DNA of 64,000 nucleotides from Eledone cirrhosa. Taxonomy: Eukaryota. How positions within the stretch are numbered: the stretch's first letter is position 1; every line of letters starts with the position of its first letter. Positions 58,280 through 64,000 of the stretch are shown here, piece after piece. Location: the NCBI GenBank assembly GCA_964016885.1, contig OZ024744.1, positions 37,572,001-37,636,000 of the forward strand, written 5' to 3'. The notes under the pieces were generated by a model. It was not told the origin of the DNA and did no database searches. It saw only the letters and a program-made list of their open reading frames with translations. The translations under genes were made by a program, and so were the position numbers.

Positions 58280-59410
58280 CACCATACCGCAGGACATACC
58301 ACTCTCTGAAGCTGAGCGTCCCTTCCTCGCCCGTGGTTTGTGTTTTATACCAACCACATCTACCTGCGACGAGTTCCGCACACGTGCCGAGATTGAAGGG
58401 TTCTACCGTCGATTAAAGCTGAAAGTTTTTTTTCCCGACACGCCATCATCGACACAGACGGATGACTTCACTCGTCTCAGTTGCCGGCAATCACATTAGA
58501 CACCGAGCTTTGGCCAGTTCAGCACCCTCGACTCCTTTGTCGATACTTGACGGCGTACTGGGAATCGGTTCCGTTTCCACCAGTATTCTCGTCACTCCAA
58601 CATCATGCGGACTGAGCTCTCCGCTCTTCGCAACCTTCGGCGTCGCGATGACATTGTCATCAAACCCGCTGACAAAGGTGGCGCTGTGGTGGTTTGGAGT
58701 GCTGACCTCTATAGGGCGGAGGCTCTCCGCCAGCTTCACGTTACCCTTTTTTACCGCCCTTTATTCTCCGACCCCACTCCTGGCTACCAACAACTCGTGT
58801 CCTCCACCATTCACCAGCTCATCTCCTCATCTCACCTACCCCTCACAGCCACCAACTTTATTGTATGCACCCCTCGCACAACCACCATCTACTTCCTCCC
58901 CAAAATACACAAACAAAATAATCCTGGCCGTCCTATCGTTTCTACGTGCAACTGCCCCACCGAGATAATTTCTGAATATTTAGACACCATCCTCGCCCTG
59001 TTGGTCGGCAATCTCCCCTCCCACACCCACGATACAAATCATGCCCTTAGACTCTTCAACTCCTTCTCCTTCCCTCCTGGACCCTCTCTCCTTCTCTTTA
59101 CCCTGGACATCACTTCTCTCTATAGTGACATCCCTCATTATGACGGCCTCTGCGCTCTCCAACATTTTTTAGATTTATGCCCTACCCCTTACCCCAGCAC
59201 TACCACTCATCTCCGTCTGGCTGAGCTTGTTCTCACCCTTTATGGATTTTCTTTTTCGAGTGAATTTTACCAGCAGGTCTCTGGGGTAGCGATGGGAACC
59301 AGAATGGGGCCAAACTAGGCCAACTTGTTTGTTGGCTACGTCGAAGCCCATATCTTCTCCCAGCACACTGGACCGACTCCTGAGCTATACGGTCGTTATA
59401 TCGACGATGT
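58280..59410 (+). pseudogene. Penelope-like reverse transcriptase, disrupted and 3'-truncated at YIDD
   Basis: IKPADKGGAVV, LPKIHK, GRPIVS, TLDITSLY, GVAMGTRMGP*, then RYIDDV running into (TG)n. Confidence 0.88.
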
Positions 59411-59614
59411 GCGTGTGTGTATGTGTGTGTGGTGTATTGTGTGATCGTCTGTGTGCATGTGTGTGTGTGTGTGTGTGTGTGTGCGTATGTATATATTTAA
59501 AAAAAAACGTTTTAAAAAATGTAATCTCATCTCACCTCTAAAATGTTGCGCCATGTGCCTTCTTAAGAAATCAATAGTTCAATTATATGAACAGACAGAC
59601 TCACGTCTCTCTCA

Positions 59615-59645
<31 letters not shown>

Positions 59646-60178
59646 CTATCTCTACCTTTTTCTCTCTTGCGCACCTCTCTTACCCTCTCTCACTATCTCC
59701 CTCTCCCTCTTACTATCTCTCTCTTTCTATGTTTTCCCCTTTCTCACTATCTCTCTCTCACTCTCCATCACGCTCTCCTGCACTCTCTCACTATCTCTCC
59801 CCCTTTCTCTCTTACCCTCTCTCTTACGCCCCGTCTCCCTCTCGCTCATCTGTTACTCTATTGTCTTTATCTAGTAATTATGATACCAATAACACCGTCC
59901 TCACGTTACAGCCAAAGATTTATTCATTTCTCCTCTTAATGTTATCCACTTGTAAATTGGAAATCCATCTGGATATGTCTAAAGAAGTAAATACATACAA
60001 CTATATTACAAGAGTAAGCAAGAATTAATCAAAAGATGACGCTCCAATTCGGAATATTAAACTAATTTAAATATTAATGAATTTCCACCTCCTCCTGCCA
60101 CCCTTAAAGTCTTAGTTATGTTGTTTTATATATTTATTGTTATTATTATTGTTGTTATTACTATTATTATTGTTATTG

Positions 60179-60179
<1 letters not shown>

Positions 60180-60227
<48 letters not shown>

Positions 60228-60277
60228 CAGTAGTAGTAGTAGTAGTTACTGTAGAAGTAGTAGTAGTAGTAGTTGCT

Positions 60278-60362
<85 letters not shown>

Positions 60363-60433
60363 CAGTAGTAGTAGTAGTAGTTACTGTAGAAGTAGTAGTA
60401 GTAGTAGTTGCTGTAGTAGTAGTAGTAGTAGTG

Positions 60434-60501
<68 letters not shown>

Positions 60502-60505
60502 TGCT

Positions 60506-60567
<62 letters not shown>

Positions 60568-60571
60568 TGCT

Positions 60572-60633
<62 letters not shown>

Positions 60634-60637
60634 TGCT

Positions 60638-60708
<71 letters not shown>

Positions 60709-60735
60709 TGCTGTAGTAGTAGTAGTAGTAGTAGC

Positions 60736-60766
<31 letters not shown>

Positions 60767-60831
60767 ATGATGATAATCATGATGCTCGAAATAATAATAT
60801 TCTTAATATTAAACAAATCAATACTAATCAT

Positions 60832-60876
<45 letters not shown>

Positions 60877-60890
60877 GCTGTTGTAGCTGG

Positions 60891-60923
<33 letters not shown>

Positions 60924-61048
60924 AGTTGTTGTAGCTGTTGTTGTTGTAGTTGTTGTTGTTGTTTGTGTTGTTGTTGTTGTTGCTGTTGTTGTAGTTGTAG
61001 TTGTTCTTGTAGCTGTTGCTGCTGTTGCTGTTGTTGTTGTTGTAGTTC

Positions 61049-61082
<34 letters not shown>

Positions 61083-62100
61083 AGTTCTTGTTGTTGTTGT
61101 TGATGTTGCTGTACGATGTGTTATTGTTATTATACTCGTTTTTGTTGTGTGTTTTTTTTTATTTATATTTTTGTTGTTGCTGTTTTTATGCTTCCAAGTT
61201 TACTCTTTGCTGTTAACGATAACGTGTGTTAAGGACCCAAATAACGACGACGATGATGTCGATGATGATGATGATGATGATGGTGATGGTGATGGTGGTG
61301 ATGATGATGTTGATGATGATGAGGATGAGGATGATAATCATGTGATGATGATGATGATGGTGCTGATGATGATTGGGATGAAGAAGGGAAGGAGGAAAAA
61401 GGCGAGGAGGAGGTGCAGCAGGAGGGCAAGGAAGTAGAGAGGGAATGTCAAGGAGTGAAAACGAAGACAATTGCCAATATTGCAATGGCCACTAATGATA
61501 ACAACAATATAATTAACAAGTCACAAAATAAAATAATAAAAAATAGAAGGGAATTTGTTAATTATGTTGATGAAGAGAATAATAAGGAAACCGCCATTAG
61601 TAATTGCAATGGCATCTACAACATCAACAACAACAACGACAACGACAACATCGACGATGACAATATAGTAAACCCCCCCCCCCCCCAAAAAAAAAAAAAA
61701 ATCGACATCAACAACAAGAAAAAACACGGCATTAACAACGACGGAAACAACAACAACAAACACAGCAGCAAGAACAAAAACTGCAACAACAAGAAAAACA
61801 GCAACAACAACAACAACAACAATAACAACCACGATGATGACAACAGCAACAAAAAAACTACAGCTTTAACAACGATGGAAACAACAACAACAAAAACAGC
61901 AACAGCAGCAAGAACACAAACTGCAACAACAACAACAAAAACAGTAGCAACAACAACAACAGTATCAGCAACACTAATCTTGACTAGAACAGCTGCTGCA
62001 GAAGCAATAGGAACAGCAATGGAGCAAAATAAAAAAAAAATAATAATAGTAATAACTACGTTAACAACAAAAATAATAAAAATAACAATAACTATAATGA
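60180..62100. repeat. (AGT)n, (GTT)n, (GAT)n and (AAC)n low-complexity tracts
   Basis: Direct reading. Confidence 0.95.
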
Positions 62101-62857
62101 AAAGTATGTCTTCTTTTTTTTTGTGGTGGTGCTGGTGGTGGGGCCAAGGAAATGGTGGAGGAGACATTACAAGGACAAATAAAAGAAACGCTAGAGTTTC
62201 ACATAAAATGGTTTGATGCTGTTGTTGGATCTCCGTCAGTTCCACAATGAGTGTTACAGATGTACGGAAAACGGAACACCCTGCTTCTGAAATTAACATT
62301 TAAATGGATAAAAATTCTACAAAAACGTCTACACTTAACGTAGATCTTGATTAAGAATGATTCAGCGTAACACAGTGTGTGTGTGACGAGCAAGTCTCGT
62401 TGAATTGTGTGAGACATTTTTGCCAGCTGTGTGGACAGGGTCAACATGTTATAAAGTGCATTGCTCACTGTGGGAAATATATTTCATGACAGACTATCAA
62501 GGTCAGTCAAATCCCTCCGCAGATTCAGGATTACCGCCATTACCAAACATTACTAATGTTAATCAGCTGTATTTTCCGGTTTACATGGACATGAAATTAA
62601 AACAAAAATTAAAACTACAGCTTAAACCGATGAGGGTTTAACTACACTCTTCTCCTTCTTCAGTCGTCACTCTATCGAAGATGAAGCATTTTGACTAGAA
62701 TAAATGCAGTTCACCATACCTGCATACTTGTAGATTTCTCCGCTACCTGGAGCAGTGGTGCCTACCCATTGCCGAATTAATAGCCGATCATCTAAGAAAC
62801 CATTGGTGTTCACGACTCCGACACGCACACACAAACGCACACATACATATATATATT

Positions 62858-63030
62858 CCGTGGTTGAATGGTTAGACCATTGGATTCATAAACATGAGAT
62901 CGTATGTTCGATTTCCGAACCCTGCTCTGCATTGTGTCCTTGAGCAAAATACTTTATTTTCCGTTGCTCCAGTTCAATCAACTTAAAAAAATGTGTTGCG
63001 ATGTCACTTGTGCCAAGCTCTTTCAGTCTT
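62858..63030 (+). mobile_element. tRNA-SINE family 2, degenerate
   Basis: TGGTTGAATGGTTAG, GTTCGATTTCC, GTGTCCTTGAGCAAAATACTT. Confidence 0.7.
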
Positions 63031-63160
63031 TGGCTTTTATTTTCGACAATATCAGTGGAGTGGAGAGTGGAGACTGGTAAGCATCGGCGACTGCTGGTTT
63101 GTGCTTCGGAGAAGAATTTCTACGTTCAAAACGTGACCGAAAATATAAGAAAATATATAA

Positions 63161-63333
63161 TTGAAAAAAGAGAAGAATGACTTCACTGGTGGTTGATGTT
63201 CTTTTATAGTTCATACCTTTACAGTAAATCGTTATTGATAAACTTATTAATATCAATAACGCCATACTGTAAAGGTTTGAAATATTAAAGAACTTCAACC
63301 ACCAGTGAAGGCATTCTTCTTCTCTTTTATCAA
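63161..63333. mobile_element. MITE-like hairpin element
   Basis: AGAAGAATGACTTCACTGGTGGTTGA / TCAACCACCAGTGAAGGCATTCTTCT. Confidence 0.6.
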
Positions 63334-63686
63334 ATATATATATATACATATGTGTGTGTGTGTGTGTGTTACAGTATTGTGGGAAGCTGACGATTCAGAT
63401 AACACTAAAATTCCCTTCTTCTTGTTAGTCTATTCATTTCATCTTTTATTCAACTCTTCGTTTTCCCTCCATAAGTTTTCGTCCCCATGTTTTCCTCTCC
63501 TCCTCCTCCCATCTCACTCTCTCTATTACTTTCTCATTTCTCATCTCATACTTTAGACTCTCTTTCTTCCTCTCTCTCCTATTCTCCGTGCGATTTTAGG
63601 TTATATCTTAAAAATAAATTGCTATACATATAGTATCCAACTTTTTACTGCTCCCTCGCGCTGAGAATACGATAACCTGTTTTCCC

Positions 63687-63751
<65 letters not shown>

Positions 63752-63817
63752 AAAATGGAACGGGAACAAAACAGAGAGGCAGTACGAACAAAGGTTTATT
63801 AGTTTCACGCTCATGAG

Positions 63818-63890
<73 letters not shown>

Positions 63891-64000
63891 ATAGATATAT
63901 ATATATTTATATATATATTTATATATATTTGTATATATATAGATGAGCGACTAAATACGCAGATGTATTTTTTCCCCCGTTTTTCCCCTTTACACTTTGT

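Noticed and set aside
60112-62216. Poly-Ser/Val/Thr/Asn ORFs
   Set aside because: Trinucleotide low-complexity artefacts

Overview
Eukaryotic, AT-rich, repeat-saturated window, most likely intronic or intergenic DNA of an octopus or other coleoid cephalopod (inferred from the SINE family, microsatellite density and retroelement mix; not proven). No host gene is confidently identifiable, and most listed ORFs are microsatellite artefacts. Real coding remnants are all retroelement-derived: a near-full-length disabled CR1-group LINE (14.6-19.0 kb), R4/Dong-like fragments, L1/Tx1-like fragments and four Penelope-like (PLE) RT or GIY-YIG fragments. There are also about 20 tRNA-SINE copies, non-autonomous Helitrons, MITEs, two large minisatellites and a 200-N gap. 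The main hidden signal is non-coding. Many short elements embedded in (TA)n tracts are built as tandem plus foldback (inverted) repeats, and they carry type I hammerhead ribozyme (HHR) motifs from roughly a dozen different sequence families. These include a very young 467-bp HHR tandem/palindrome array (retrozyme-like), a 7-copy family with a compensatory U3-A8 core (UUGAAAA), a 2-copy CAGANGA variant, and hairpins whose fold-back point lies inside the ribozyme. All ribozyme folds were read by eye; activity is inferred, not shown.
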